Position numbers and translations under genes: made by a program. Shown piece by piece: positions 46,517 to 55,390 of a DNA stretch of 64,000 nt (position 1 is the stretch's first letter; the number at the start of each line of letters is the position of its first letter). The DNA is taken from IMG/VR virus record IMGVR_UViG_3300021592_000001, positions 32,001-96,000 of that record. The stretch is one strand, 5' to 3'. This DNA is from a virus (lineage: Duplodnaviria; Caudoviricetes). The notes beneath the pieces were generated by a model. It was given only the letters and a program-made list of their open reading frames with translations, did no database searches and had not been told where the DNA came from.

Positions 46517-47473
46517 TTAATAATACTTTGCTTGCCTCTTTATTTCCTTTTCTATGTCCTCCTCAGTAGGAGGCTTTCCCACTACGGGATCAAGAAACAT
46601 TAATCCTACTATAAACTTTTCCCCTTTTGTTAATATAGGGCTATTTTCTCGATAAATCTTCTTAAAACCATTTTCTTCAATAGCTATATCTTCTACATTG
46701 TCATCTATGGAAACCGAAGCTTTAGGAGGTAATGTCAAAGGTATGTCTACTTCTGTAGAGTAGGGAGGACGACGAAGAAATCCCTTCAGGTGATTTTTGA
46801 GGAATTTGATTACAGACCCTTCTCTGTACATTAAATCTACCTTCAGTCTGTCTACTACTTCTATCACTCCTAATGCTAAGTTTTGGAACACGTCTCCTCT
46901 GCGGTCGGACCGATACTTTCTGGATATGTTTTTTGCAGCTTCAGTCATCGTAATAATTAAGTTTTCTCTGGTTTTTCTGTATTTCTCATAGTAAGCTTTG
47001 CAATTTCTATAGCATCCGTATAGCGTGCTTCTTGTCCCTCCTACTTCGGATTCTATTCTTTCCATCTTAGAAAGAATTTCATGGTCGGTAGGGGCTTTTG
47101 ATAGGCATTTTACAAGCTTGTCGTACTCAGCCAACTTTTTCAGAAATTCTTCTACTACTTTTGCAAGAATATTTCTGTTGAATCTTATGGTCTGTAGCGC
47201 ATTCTCGAAATCTTTCTGATCCCTTTTTAGAACACTTTTGCATAACATTCCATAATACATTATTAGATTTTCTGTTTTGTCACATCTATACTGTTCTTCG
47301 AACATAAAGCCTACTTTATTTTCCAAATACCTCGTAAATTTCAGAATTGTTGCCATTGCAAGATGTATCGTCTTATTGAGAATTTCTACTGCTTTGATTA
47401 CCTCTTCGTGCTTTATAATCATTTCTTCTTCTCCACTATCGGAATACATGCTATTAAATGTTTGCAAATCCAC
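46517..47473 (-). CDS. phage sigma70-like factor
   Basis: RENLI......AKNISRKY....GDVFQN..LG.IE.VDR resembles region 2.1-2.2. Confidence 0.6.
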   Translation of the reverse strand: MDLQTFNSMYSDSGEEEMIIKHEEVIKAVEILNKTIHLAMATILKFTRYLENKVGFMFEEQYRCDKTENLIMYYGMLCKSVLKRDQKDFENALQTIRFNRNILAKVVEEFLKKLAEYDKLVKCLSKAPTDHEILSKMERIESEVGGTRSTLYGCYRNCKAYYEKYRKTRENLIITMTEAAKNISRKYRSDRRGDVFQNLALGVIEVVDRLKVDLMYREGSVIKFLKNHLKGFLRRPPYSTEVDIPLTLPPKASVSIDDNVEDIAIEENGFKKIYRENSPILTKGEKFIVGLMFLDPVVGKPPTEEDIEKEIKRQAKYY

Positions 47474-47802
47474 GGTTTAAGCGTCGGATTGGTCTTTTTA
47501 GGCATCTTACCGCTACTGCTTATAATATCGGAAGAACCTCTGATGGATAATGCTACTTCCGCATTGTACTTGAACCAACTACAACTGCAGTGAACCCATG
47601 CTTTATCTCCTTCGTACATTCTTATGATACATTCTTTCGGTTCGCCGCTTCCTCTACATTTTACAATGAATTTAAACTCTTTATATATTTTGTCTGTTTC
47701 GTCTTTCCTAGTTAGTGTCTTCCGCAATCTTGCTTTGCAGTCCTTTGATCGTTTTATAATTGCTGACGGTGTGCTTCTCAGCATAACTGATAGCTTTATC
47801 AC
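47419..47802 (-). CDS. SWIM zinc-finger protein
   Basis: VHCSC..FKY...CKHL. Confidence 0.75.
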   Translation of the reverse strand: MIKLSVMLRSTPSAIIKRSKDCKARLRKTLTRKDETDKIYKEFKFIVKCRGSGEPKECIIRMYEGDKAWVHCSCSWFKYNAEVALSIRGSSDIISSSGKMPKKTNPTLKPWICKHLIACIPIVEKKK

Positions 47803-47804
47803 GA

Positions 47805-48638
47805 TTATACCTCCATATTCCTGATATGTTCCATATTGCGCAAGTGCTTTTCCACCCCGATAGGGGAAAAGCAGATGTTCTGATAAGGACAGTGCCTGTT
47901 CACAGCATCACTCTTCGTTTTGCAGACTTTCTTGATTTTGGTGAACTCTTTACGTTCAATTAGTTTCATCGTTTTATAGTAACTTTCTATCATCTTGTCC
48001 GAATGATCGTAGTCGACTCCTGGATTTACAAAAATTTTATAATTATTGTGTTTAGCTCTATCGAAGTAGATAATTATATGTCCTTCTATATCACTTTCCA
48101 ACTTAAGGCATCTATTGACCATTGCTGCATATAAGTTGGCCTGACAGATGTGCTCTCTCTTGGGAGATTTCATCTTTTTAATTTTTTCTGCGTTACTGGT
48201 TTTTATTTCGAGTAGAAATATTTTGTCTGCTAATTTTATTATTCCATCACAGTGTCCTGTCAGACCTTTGTAAAAAAGAGAATACTCTACATATTTAGCC
48301 ATCGTCCTACAACAGATGATTGGACCCCAGGTTTCAACAATTTTTCCGCAGTTCTTGCATTTCCACTTACCATATAAAGGAAACCATCTCTGAACTACTT
48401 CATGAATAGCTGTCCCTATTCCCGTGTAGTAATCTTCTGCGAAGGAGTTTCCAGAAGGTCTTCCGTAGATTAAGCTTAATGCTAAATGTGTGGGGCAGAA
48501 TAAGGATAGAGCGGAAGTTCTCAGTTCATAATCAGTACAGTCAATATCTGTAATTACTCTTGATTCGGTCGCTTCCCTTACTACTCGGTGAATCTCTGCC
48601 TCTATTCTTGAGAAATCTATCTTTGTCATGGTTTGCAC
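47805..48638 (-). CDS. Cas4-like PD-(D/E)XK exonuclease
   Basis: FCP, GTAIHE, GHCDG, EIKT, Q..LY and C-terminal C...CPY...C motifs. Confidence 0.8.
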   Translation of the reverse strand: MQTMTKIDFSRIEAEIHRVVREATESRVITDIDCTDYELRTSALSLFCPTHLALSLIYGRPSGNSFAEDYYTGIGTAIHEVVQRWFPLYGKWKCKNCGKIVETWGPIICCRTMAKYVEYSLFYKGLTGHCDGIIKLADKIFLLEIKTSNAEKIKKMKSPKREHICQANLYAAMVNRCLKLESDIEGHIIIYFDRAKHNNYKIFVNPGVDYDHSDKMIESYYKTMKLIERKEFTKIKKVCKTKSDAVNRHCPYQNICFSPIGVEKHLRNMEHIRNMEV

Positions 48639-49531
48639 ATATTCTTTATAACTCTAAGAATCTTTGGGGGAGCAGTTTCAGGATCCATTTTACCTTTTGG
48701 GAGTCTCGGTAGATCTAAAATTCTTGTATCAAATTCGTCCCTCAGTTCTTTCCATATACGTCTATTACATTCATATCCCGCAAGGTCGCCGTCACATACA
48801 ATACACACTATTTCTATTCCCTTCGCTGCTAATAGGTTGCTTTTGTATTTATCCCAATTATTCACGCCGAAGAAGCTCATGGCTGGGATGTTGTGCTTTA
48901 TTAAATTTAAGGCATCGCTTATACCTTCTACCAAGACTACAGACTTGTCATTGTGCAAGTCGTAGGGAAACATTGCCTTCTTTACCCATTTACCTTTGCT
49001 GAATCTATGGTATCCATCTCCATTTCCCTCTATCACATATCCCACTGTCTCCCCAAACATTTTAATTGGAAATAATATTCTTTCCATTCCAGACTTTTCA
49101 TCGTAATAGCTCATAGCTCCGAACTGTCGTAGAAATTCCTTAGGGTAAATTATTCTCTTCCTTTTCCAACTTTTATTCCATCCAGAAAGACTAGCTATGT
49201 TTGTAATTTCTGGCGGATTACCTTCACTTTCTGCAATCTTGTCTCTGATGAGTTTCCCAAGACTTTCCGAGTCTATGCTTTCAGTTTCGGAGAGTTCTTT
49301 AAGACCTATCTTTTTAGCCAGGATATTCCAGTTTCCAGATTTACCGCAACCAAAACAATGAAATGTCCCGACTGGGACCTTTGGATTATCTATGTTTACA
49401 GAACAAGACGGATGTCTTTCTTTGTGCCATGGGCATCTTATTAGTATGTTTTTGTCTCCCACCTTCTTTGGTGGAGGAATCTTTTCTAATTCCTCCACTA
49501 CAATGTTTCTTTTCTCCTCTCTGGTGATCAT
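48626..49531 (-). CDS. dnaG: DNA primase (CHC2 Zn finger + Toprim)
   Basis: CPWHKE..PS, FHCFGCG..G, VEG..DAL and DGD.AG motifs. Confidence 0.9.
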   Translation of the reverse strand: MITREEKRNIVVEELEKIPPPKKVGDKNILIRCPWHKERHPSCSVNIDNPKVPVGTFHCFGCGKSGNWNILAKKIGLKELSETESIDSESLGKLIRDKIAESEGNPPEITNIASLSGWNKSWKRKRIIYPKEFLRQFGAMSYYDEKSGMERILFPIKMFGETVGYVIEGNGDGYHRFSKGKWVKKAMFPYDLHNDKSVVLVEGISDALNLIKHNIPAMSFFGVNNWDKYKSNLLAAKGIEIVCIVCDGDLAGYECNRRIWKELRDEFDTRILDLPRLPKGKMDPETAPPKILRVIKNMCKP

Positions 49532-49548
49532 TTCTATCCCAAACCTAT

Positions 49549-50235
49549 TTATTCCTGTCTTTCATCTGTTCCACTTTTCTTATCGATGCGTTTTAAAGCC
49601 CACCTTTTCACTTTTCCTGATGCATTCTCAACTATATATCTTAGGTCGGCGTCAGTTAGTTCCTCTTCAATGGTTTTAAGTTCATTCAAAGTGTGAGTCG
49701 GAGACATCTTCCTGAGAAGGATGTCTATAACCTTACTGGATACGTTCTCCTCTGTTTCATCCTCGGAGACTACTACGCTTCCTTCCTGCTGAGAGACAGA
49801 TATTCCTTTAGATTTGTATCCTGCTTCTGAATACTTGCTCGCAAAAATACGTGTTAGCTCTGCCTGAGCCTCTTTGGTTTCAAGTATTTTCTCTGCCTCA
49901 TTTGGAGGAACTAATTCGAGTACACCGCTGGTAACATAAGCACGGAAGTCCATGCTCTCTTTCAGTAAGCTGACGGGAACTTGATCGGTAATACAGATAG
50001 GGATGTATGTTTTGGGAATGTTTATCGATTCCATTCTCCCGCTGGGGAGAATCATGCTGAGATTAATTGGACCTTTCGGTCTTGTACAATTTCTGACATA
50101 TATCTTTTCTTGTTTGAGAGCCTCTTCTAATGTAATTTTACTTCCACTCATAGTATTCCTCCTATTGTTTGTTGTTATTAGTTTTATTACTGACACTAAG
50201 ACTAGCTCTCGGTATATATTTTTTTGCTGATACAC
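49549..50235 (-). CDS. hypothetical protein
   Basis: ORF; probable start at MSGSKI after AGGAGG. Confidence 0.65.
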   Translation of the reverse strand: MYQQKNIYRELVLVSVIKLITTNNRRNTMSGSKITLEEALKQEKIYVRNCTRPKGPINLSMILPSGRMESINIPKTYIPICITDQVPVSLLKESMDFRAYVTSGVLELVPPNEAEKILETKEAQAELTRIFASKYSEAGYKSKGISVSQQEGSVVVSEDETEENVSSKVIDILLRKMSPTHTLNELKTIEEELTDADLRYIVENASGKVKRWALKRIDKKSGTDERQE

Positions 50236-50752
50236 CGAGAACTTCTCTATAAGCTTTTCTGACTTCTCTATTTGTGCGGAAACCTAAGCAGTATCTCATA
50301 CTTCTTAGAGATTTGAATACTTTAGGTAAAACGGTCAATATATGAGCTATCGGGACACCAGTCTCATTTTCGAATTCAGTATATTTATGATGTCTTATAT
50401 GTTTATGATTTCTGCATACATAGCTTCCATTCTCTTCTCTTACAATATTAAAAGCTCTCCCGCATACCTTACAATATGGCACACTTGAGTCTTCACGTAT
50501 CCTCTTGTTTCTGATAGCGGAAAGAGCAATTTTGCTCTTCGCTCTTTTGAGTATCCTGTCTATATCACTATGAGGGATTCCTGTTATTATTGATAGTTCC
50601 TTAGCTGAAAGATTTTCCTTTCGGTTCAGCACATATTCCCATATACAATGGCTTGATACAGCTTTAGAATAGAAGCTACATGACCTAGCTTCACATGGGA
50701 CTACCAGTCGTGATTTTGTAAACGGGCATATAAAATTAAATCCTTTCTTCAT
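50162..50752 (-). CDS. Zn-finger/HTH hypothetical protein
   Basis: Cys clusters plus an LSAKELS.ITGI...DI..I...A sigma4-like HTH. Confidence 0.55.
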   Translation of the reverse strand: MKKGFNFICPFTKSRLVVPCEARSCSFYSKAVSSHCIWEYVLNRKENLSAKELSIITGIPHSDIDRILKRAKSKIALSAIRNKRIREDSSVPYCKVCGRAFNIVREENGSYVCRNHKHIRHHKYTEFENETGVPIAHILTVLPKVFKSLRSMRYCLGFRTNREVRKAYREVLGVSAKKYIPRASLSVSNKTNNNKQ

Positions 50753-51246
50753 TTCAGAGACCCGATATTGCTAAGAATACTGCTAAAGATTTTTTTATTG
50801 CAGATTTTCTCGAAGTAGTATGCTCCCATACATACGCAGTCGCCTATGTGTTTCGGCAGAGCTTCCATAATTTTTTCGTAGGTATTGATTCCGTATTCCT
50901 TCTTCAATGCATTCTTCCATGCGGCTGCTGTGAGGAGACTGACTTCACAGTTTCTGTTACAGGCAGACTGTAAAAGAATTCCTATTGCAATGTTTATTAT
51001 TTCATTATTTAAGCCTTTATGCCTTGACTGATATCTTTCTATTATTATGACATTTGGATTGCATCTTGACAAGAGGGTCTTGATTTCGTTTCCGAACGAT
51101 TTTACATGGCTCTTCAGTTCCTTACTCTTTAGTGTCATGATTGGAAAATTCATGATTCCGCTTTCTGCGATTTTGGCGTCTGCAGTCACGCTAGCATACG
51201 CAAAATTGGACTTTCCTGGGTCAAATGCTGTTATTTTGCTTTTCAT
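50749..51246 (-). CDS. RuvC-like Holliday junction resolvase
   Basis: AFDPG..N.A, IIERYQ, WK and H..D motifs. Confidence 0.75.
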   Translation of the reverse strand: MKSKITAFDPGKSNFAYASVTADAKIAESGIMNFPIMTLKSKELKSHVKSFGNEIKTLLSRCNPNVIIIERYQSRHKGLNNEIINIAIGILLQSACNRNCEVSLLTAAAWKNALKKEYGINTYEKIMEALPKHIGDCVCMGAYYFEKICNKKIFSSILSNIGSLK

Positions 51247-51364
51247 CGTATTTCCCTACGAAATATCGCTTTAGACGTCCCTTTTCGTATAATATCTATG
51301 GACAGTTTACATCCTGCAAATCTACACTTATATATATAGAGGGGTTCTCCTTTATGCTTTCTTT

Positions 51365-51392
51365 TGTATAGTTTACTGGTAAAAACTGTCAA
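51365..51392 (-). promoter_or_regulatory. promoter for the replication operon (TTGACA-16-TATACA)
   Basis: Perfect -35 TTGACA at 51387-51392 on the - strand in the AT-rich divergent gap. Confidence 0.5.
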
Positions 51393-51494
51393 AATAGCTA
51401 AATAGCTAAAAATATTAACGAAATTGGCATTTAAGCCTTAATTTGTCTTAATTTGCTTAAATGTAGGTATATTTGCTTTGTTTACCGTTAAATA

Positions 51495-51524
51495 TTTACA
51501 ATAAACGAAAAAATGTAATAAAAT
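51495..51524 (+). promoter_or_regulatory. promoter for the rightward operon (TTTACA-18-TAAAAT)
   Basis: Near-consensus hexamers in the divergent gap. Confidence 0.4.
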
Positions 51525-51562
51525 TAGTAGGTTACGGGCAATGTGATTTTTTGGGTCAAAAA

Positions 51563-52021
51563 ATGAGAATAATACCAGTCGCATTTAAGGAAGGCGAACT
51601 GATTCCGCCAAAATACACTAGTGAGGGAAAGAACGTCTCGCCTCCCTTTTTGGTCGAAGATATTCCAAAGAGGACTAAGTTCCTGAGACTAGTATGCCGT
51701 GATCCTGACGCTCCTGGTAAGACTTGGATTCACTGGGATATCACCTTCAAGAAAACGAATAAGATTGATGAGAATTTCGAAGCAGTCAAGAAGAATTTGA
51801 TTGTAAAGAAAGGACGCAATAGCTGGAACAATAGATTCTACCAGGGACCGAAGCCTCCAGAAGGAGAGGTTCACAGGTACTATTTTGTACTGTATGCAAT
51901 TGATGCGAGAGGTTCTATTTGTGATAAGGCTGAAACATTTGGAGTGTTTGGTCGTAGGAAAGGATCTACACTGTCTTTTCTGCTGTCGGTTGCTCGCCTT
52001 ATCTTGAACGAGGAAGGTTGA
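51563..52021 (+). CDS. YbhB/YbcL PEBP (Raf kinase inhibitor-like) protein
   Basis: F..G..IP.KYT.EG.NVSPP, DPDAP..TW.HW and Y.GP.PP....HRY.F.LYA.D motifs; start adjusted to MRIIPV. Confidence 0.9.
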   Translation: MRIIPVAFKEGELIPPKYTSEGKNVSPPFLVEDIPKRTKFLRLVCRDPDAPGKTWIHWDITFKKTNKIDENFEAVKKNLIVKKGRNSWNNRFYQGPKPPEGEVHRYYFVLYAIDARGSICDKAETFGVFGRRKGSTLSFLLSVARLILNEEG

Positions 52022-52030
52022 ATATAGTGT

Positions 52031-53053
52031 ATGCCCCTGGTGGGGGTTCAGTATTTCATAGGGAGACGTCAAATGGCTTTGCGATACATCAGAGCTAGGA
52101 AAGGACTGACGTACTTGAGGGAAAAAAGGACGAGTGTTCCCACTCGTATAGACCAACTTGAGACTAATCCTTATCTCATTGCTAGAGACGAACTCGTCCC
52201 TGCTGCAGTTGAAATGCAGAAGAAGGCCGTCAAGGTAGACAGAGTCCCTGTCCACTTTTTTCAGAAAATGTCTTTTGGACGGGAATGTTCTTGTACCAAG
52301 TTTAGATATAAGTCACCCGATAAAACTAAATGCAATATCTGCTTTGGAAAAGGGATTGTTGGAGGTTTTAATAAAATAGGGACGAGATTGGAAGTTATCG
52401 ATTCTACTAGACCAGGTCTCAGCCTCTCTGGTATAGAGATAGACGACTCTACTTGTCCGTATCAATTTAAATTGCGGTCAGATTCTCTGACAGGCAATGT
52501 TGATGTTGTACTTGATATTCCAGTCCATACTGATGTGGATGCTGTCGTTCTTTACAGCAGTGGCGATGTTAAAGCTTACGTGAAGAAGATAGACCAGCCT
52601 TCTTATACATTGTTGAGTAGAAGTTCACTTCGTTCTATTGCAAAAGACCAAAAGCAGTTGAATGTTCGCATCACGTTAAGCAGAGCCTCTCTCTCAGATC
52701 AGTCTCCTACATTTACTCACCTTTATATACGTTGGATGATAAATGAAACAGATATCTATGTTGACATGTCTAGGAAGACTGTTTCTGTGAGTATGCAAGA
52801 GTTCAACTTGCCAGATTTGTTACAGTCTATATCTGTTTACATTCCTGCGACCATTTCCAGGGTAACTACTTCTGATTTTTTCATAGTTAGACTTACTCCA
52901 GATGTGGATATAGATGTTTTTAGAGACGAGGGAAAAAGAAGATACAAAATAACGGAAGTAACTGCAAATAAAGCACTTGGAACTGTTGTGAGCTGGGATG
53001 TTACTGCAAGACTTGTTCAGGCTTTTGAAAACTACTCTAGGGTTCCTGAGTAA
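52031..53053 (+). CDS. probable virion structural protein
   Basis: CSC...C.IC.G.G.VGG; beta-rich; lies in the late-type operon. Confidence 0.45.
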   Translation: MPLVGVQYFIGRRQMALRYIRARKGLTYLREKRTSVPTRIDQLETNPYLIARDELVPAAVEMQKKAVKVDRVPVHFFQKMSFGRECSCTKFRYKSPDKTKCNICFGKGIVGGFNKIGTRLEVIDSTRPGLSLSGIEIDDSTCPYQFKLRSDSLTGNVDVVLDIPVHTDVDAVVLYSSGDVKAYVKKIDQPSYTLLSRSSLRSIAKDQKQLNVRITLSRASLSDQSPTFTHLYIRWMINETDIYVDMSRKTVSVSMQEFNLPDLLQSISVYIPATISRVTTSDFFIVRLTPDVDIDVFRDEGKRRYKITEVTANKALGTVVSWDVTARLVQAFENYSRVPE

Positions 53054-53538
53054 TGGAGGTGTCAATGGAAACATTGAAACTGATGGATGAGCTTGTCATA
53101 AGGTACGGTTTTTTCGGCTTATTTCTTTTTTTAGTATCTATATCTATAGTTGTGTATCTGAAATATCTCCGAAAGAGAGTTTTTGTCTTACAGAACCCAC
53201 ATGAGCTGAGTTTAGAAGACCTGAGAAAATATATAAAAAGGGAAGTCAAAACTCAGATGGATAGGCATAGTGTATCTGGTAGTGGTGAAAAGTTGTCCTG
53301 GACGGAGTGGTATAAAGACTGCATTAATCGGAAGCAGATGTGCAGTATGGAGTTCAATGAAATCAAATCTTCGGTTATGGAACTGAAAGCTGCTGTTGAA
53401 AAGAATGATGACCAGATCAGATCACTTCTTGAAACTATACATAAAAACGAGAAAGCTTTTATGGAAAAATTGCATAAGATAGACAATCAGCTCACCTCTG
53501 TATTAACGTTGATAAAAAGAAATAATGGCAGTCGATAA
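53053..53538 (+). CDS. membrane protein with coiled coil (holin/spanin-like candidate)
   Basis: One N-terminal TM helix followed by a heptad region. Confidence 0.5.
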   Translation: MEVSMETLKLMDELVIRYGFFGLFLFLVSISIVVYLKYLRKRVFVLQNPHELSLEDLRKYIKREVKTQMDRHSVSGSGEKLSWTEWYKDCINRKQMCSMEFNEIKSSVMELKAAVEKNDDQIRSLLETIHKNEKAFMEKLHKIDNQLTSVLTLIKRNNGSR

Positions 53539-53550
53539 GGAGTAAATAGT

Positions 53551-53859
53551 ATGAGACCTGTTAGGAAGATCGTTAAAGAATTGGAGGATAGGAACTGTTT
53601 TTCCTTGGCTAAGGAACTCGAAAGAATAGATGCTGATAGTAGACGCAATAGTTTAAAGAGATTCGCTGGTGAAGAATACAAAGACTACAAGTATGGAGAC
53701 CCGTCTGGAGCAGCTAGTAGACTTCAGAAAGTCATCGAAACAGTGAGAAAAGAAATTAAAATAGCAGGTAGGATGGCTGGCCCCTTTTTAGCTCCTGCTA
53801 TTTTAGATTCATTTAGAACTGAATTAATGCAAATGTTATCCCGTGAATTAAATAGGTAA
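53551..53859 (+). CDS. small protein with the shared N-terminal helical motif
   Basis: IVKELEDRNCFSLAKELERIDA. Confidence 0.65.
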   Translation: MRPVRKIVKELEDRNCFSLAKELERIDADSRRNSLKRFAGEEYKDYKYGDPSGAASRLQKVIETVRKEIKIAGRMAGPFLAPAILDSFRTELMQMLSRELNR

Positions 53860-53877
53860 ACAATAAGTAAGGAGGAT

Positions 53878-54252
53878 TTGATCATGAATAGTACTATGAT
53901 GGATATAATTGAAGAGCTAGAAGATAGAAACCAGTTCGCTCTAGCTAAAGAACTTGAGGAAATTGAAGCGGCTAGAAAGACTAGGAAAGTTAGAGTTAAA
54001 AGAAAAAAGCCATGGGCGACGTTGCCTCGTGGATGGACAAAAGAAAGCTTAGATAAATTTGCCAGATCGCTTACTAGAAAGACTAAAAGAGATCCGAAAG
54101 GATTCGTTCGAGAGTGCATGAGGAAGTTGAAAGGAACACCTATAAAAGACCCTGCTAGATTCTGTGCCTCTCTCAAGGATCAATATTTAGGAACTACTAT
54201 GTGGAGACCTGGCAGAGGAGGTTATAAAGCTTCGAGGAAGTACAGAAAATAA
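53878..54252 (+). CDS. small basic protein with the shared N-terminal helical motif
   Basis: IIEELEDRNQFALAKELEEIEAA. Confidence 0.65.
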   Translation: MIMNSTMMDIIEELEDRNQFALAKELEEIEAARKTRKVRVKRKKPWATLPRGWTKESLDKFARSLTRKTKRDPKGFVRECMRKLKGTPIKDPARFCASLKDQYLGTTMWRPGRGGYKASRKYRK

Positions 54253-54263
54253 GGGGAGGGGTA

Positions 54264-54872
54264 TTGATGGCTAGGAAGTTCAGACCAGAGTATCTAAAGA
54301 GGATGTCATTTGAAAAGTTTTGGGACGGAGCGAGAAAGTTCTTTCTTGATATCGAATATGCGGCTGCAAGAGATCATTTTAAAGATTGGCTTATAGACTC
54401 GGGATGGCGAGAGAGGAAGATAGAAGAGCTTATGGAGCTTGATATAGAAGATCTCAAATATTTGGGCATTTACAATGATTTGAAGGAGGAATACAAGAAT
54501 TGGAAGGAGAGATATATGGAGAAGTTGGGAATTGTGGTTTCGAGACTAGTAGACAATCTTGTTAGAAGAGGACACATCGATGTCGCCTTTGAACTTGCCG
54601 TAGCTGCTGGGAAGAAGATCAAAGTTAGATATCTTACAGTAAAAAATCCTTGGATTGAAAATGGTCGTATATATTTGGTGATAAACAAGAAGGAGTACGG
54701 ATACGCCCCTAAGAAAGGGTATGGCGGCGCTAAAGTAATAGTAGAAAAATTCAAAGAGAAGCGTAGAAAAGAAGGTATTGGAAAGGCATTGGCATGGTTT
54801 AAAACTGTAACTATACTGAAGGAGCGTGAAGGTAAGCCCGTTAGAGATACGAAGACGAGAAGGCGAAGGTAA
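54264..54872 (+). CDS. hypothetical protein; C-terminal domain paralogous to 54896..55108
   Basis: Internal motif LVDNLVRRGHIDVAFEL; INKKEYGY...GKALAWFK. Confidence 0.65.
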   Translation: MMARKFRPEYLKRMSFEKFWDGARKFFLDIEYAAARDHFKDWLIDSGWRERKIEELMELDIEDLKYLGIYNDLKEEYKNWKERYMEKLGIVVSRLVDNLVRRGHIDVAFELAVAAGKKIKVRYLTVKNPWIENGRIYLVINKKEYGYAPKKGYGGAKVIVEKFKEKRRKEGIGKALAWFKTVTILKEREGKPVRDTKTRRRR

Positions 54873-54895
54873 GGAACTTATAAAAGTTAAATGTC

Positions 54896-55108
54896 ATGAG
54901 AGAAGTTAATATAGTAGAGATTGGCAGGGATCCCTACTACGTCATTGTTGACATACGAGGAAGGAAATATAAATATACTGTTAATAGTGAGTATGCTGTA
55001 CGAAAGTTTGTGAAACGTTTGCGTTCTGTGCATTTGTCTGGTGGGGAGGGGTATCGAGCTCTGAATTGGTTTAGAAAAAGATTTAAACCGAAGGAGTGCC
55101 GTTTATAG
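54896..55108 (+). CDS. small hypothetical protein
   Basis: IRGRKYKY...YRALNWFR, similar to the C-terminal half of the previous gene. Confidence 0.6.
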   Translation: MREVNIVEIGRDPYYVIVDIRGRKYKYTVNSEYAVRKFVKRLRSVHLSGGEGYRALNWFRKRFKPKECRL

Positions 55109-55117
55109 GAGGTTGGC

Positions 55118-55387
55118 ATGTCAGATCTTGTTACTGGTATTGTGATGAAATGTAAGAAAAAAGATTATAAGAAAGGTCGTCCCTGGTGTATCTATAAGCA
55201 CGATCCAAAGGATCCGTCTAAACCTTTGAATCCTCAACCTAAAGGTTGGCCGAAGCATTACAAAACTAAAAAGGATGCTGAATACGGACTAAAAATGATG
55301 AAGACGTTTGGGTCTGTTGTCAATGCTTTGCGCAATAGAGGAGAGACGTGTTTATCTTCTAAACTGGAAGACGTGTTAAATGAATGA
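55118..55387 (+). CDS. small basic hypothetical protein
   Basis: AGGAGG RBS; C-terminal VVNALRNRGETCLSSKL. Confidence 0.6.
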   Translation: MSDLVTGIVMKCKKKDYKKGRPWCIYKHDPKDPSKPLNPQPKGWPKHYKTKKDAEYGLKMMKTFGSVVNALRNRGETCLSSKLEDVLNE

Positions 55388-55390
55388 CGG

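Noticed and set aside
47805-48638. Cas4-like gene as evidence of CRISPR-Cas
   Set aside because: No repeat-spacer array or other cas genes were seen; solo Cas4-like nucleases are common in phage replication modules.
20172-50230. Many + strand ORFs within the - strand block (and - strand ORFs within the + blocks)
   Set aside because: They lie antisense to well-supported genes and have the Ser/Phe/Leu-rich composition typical of shadow frames.
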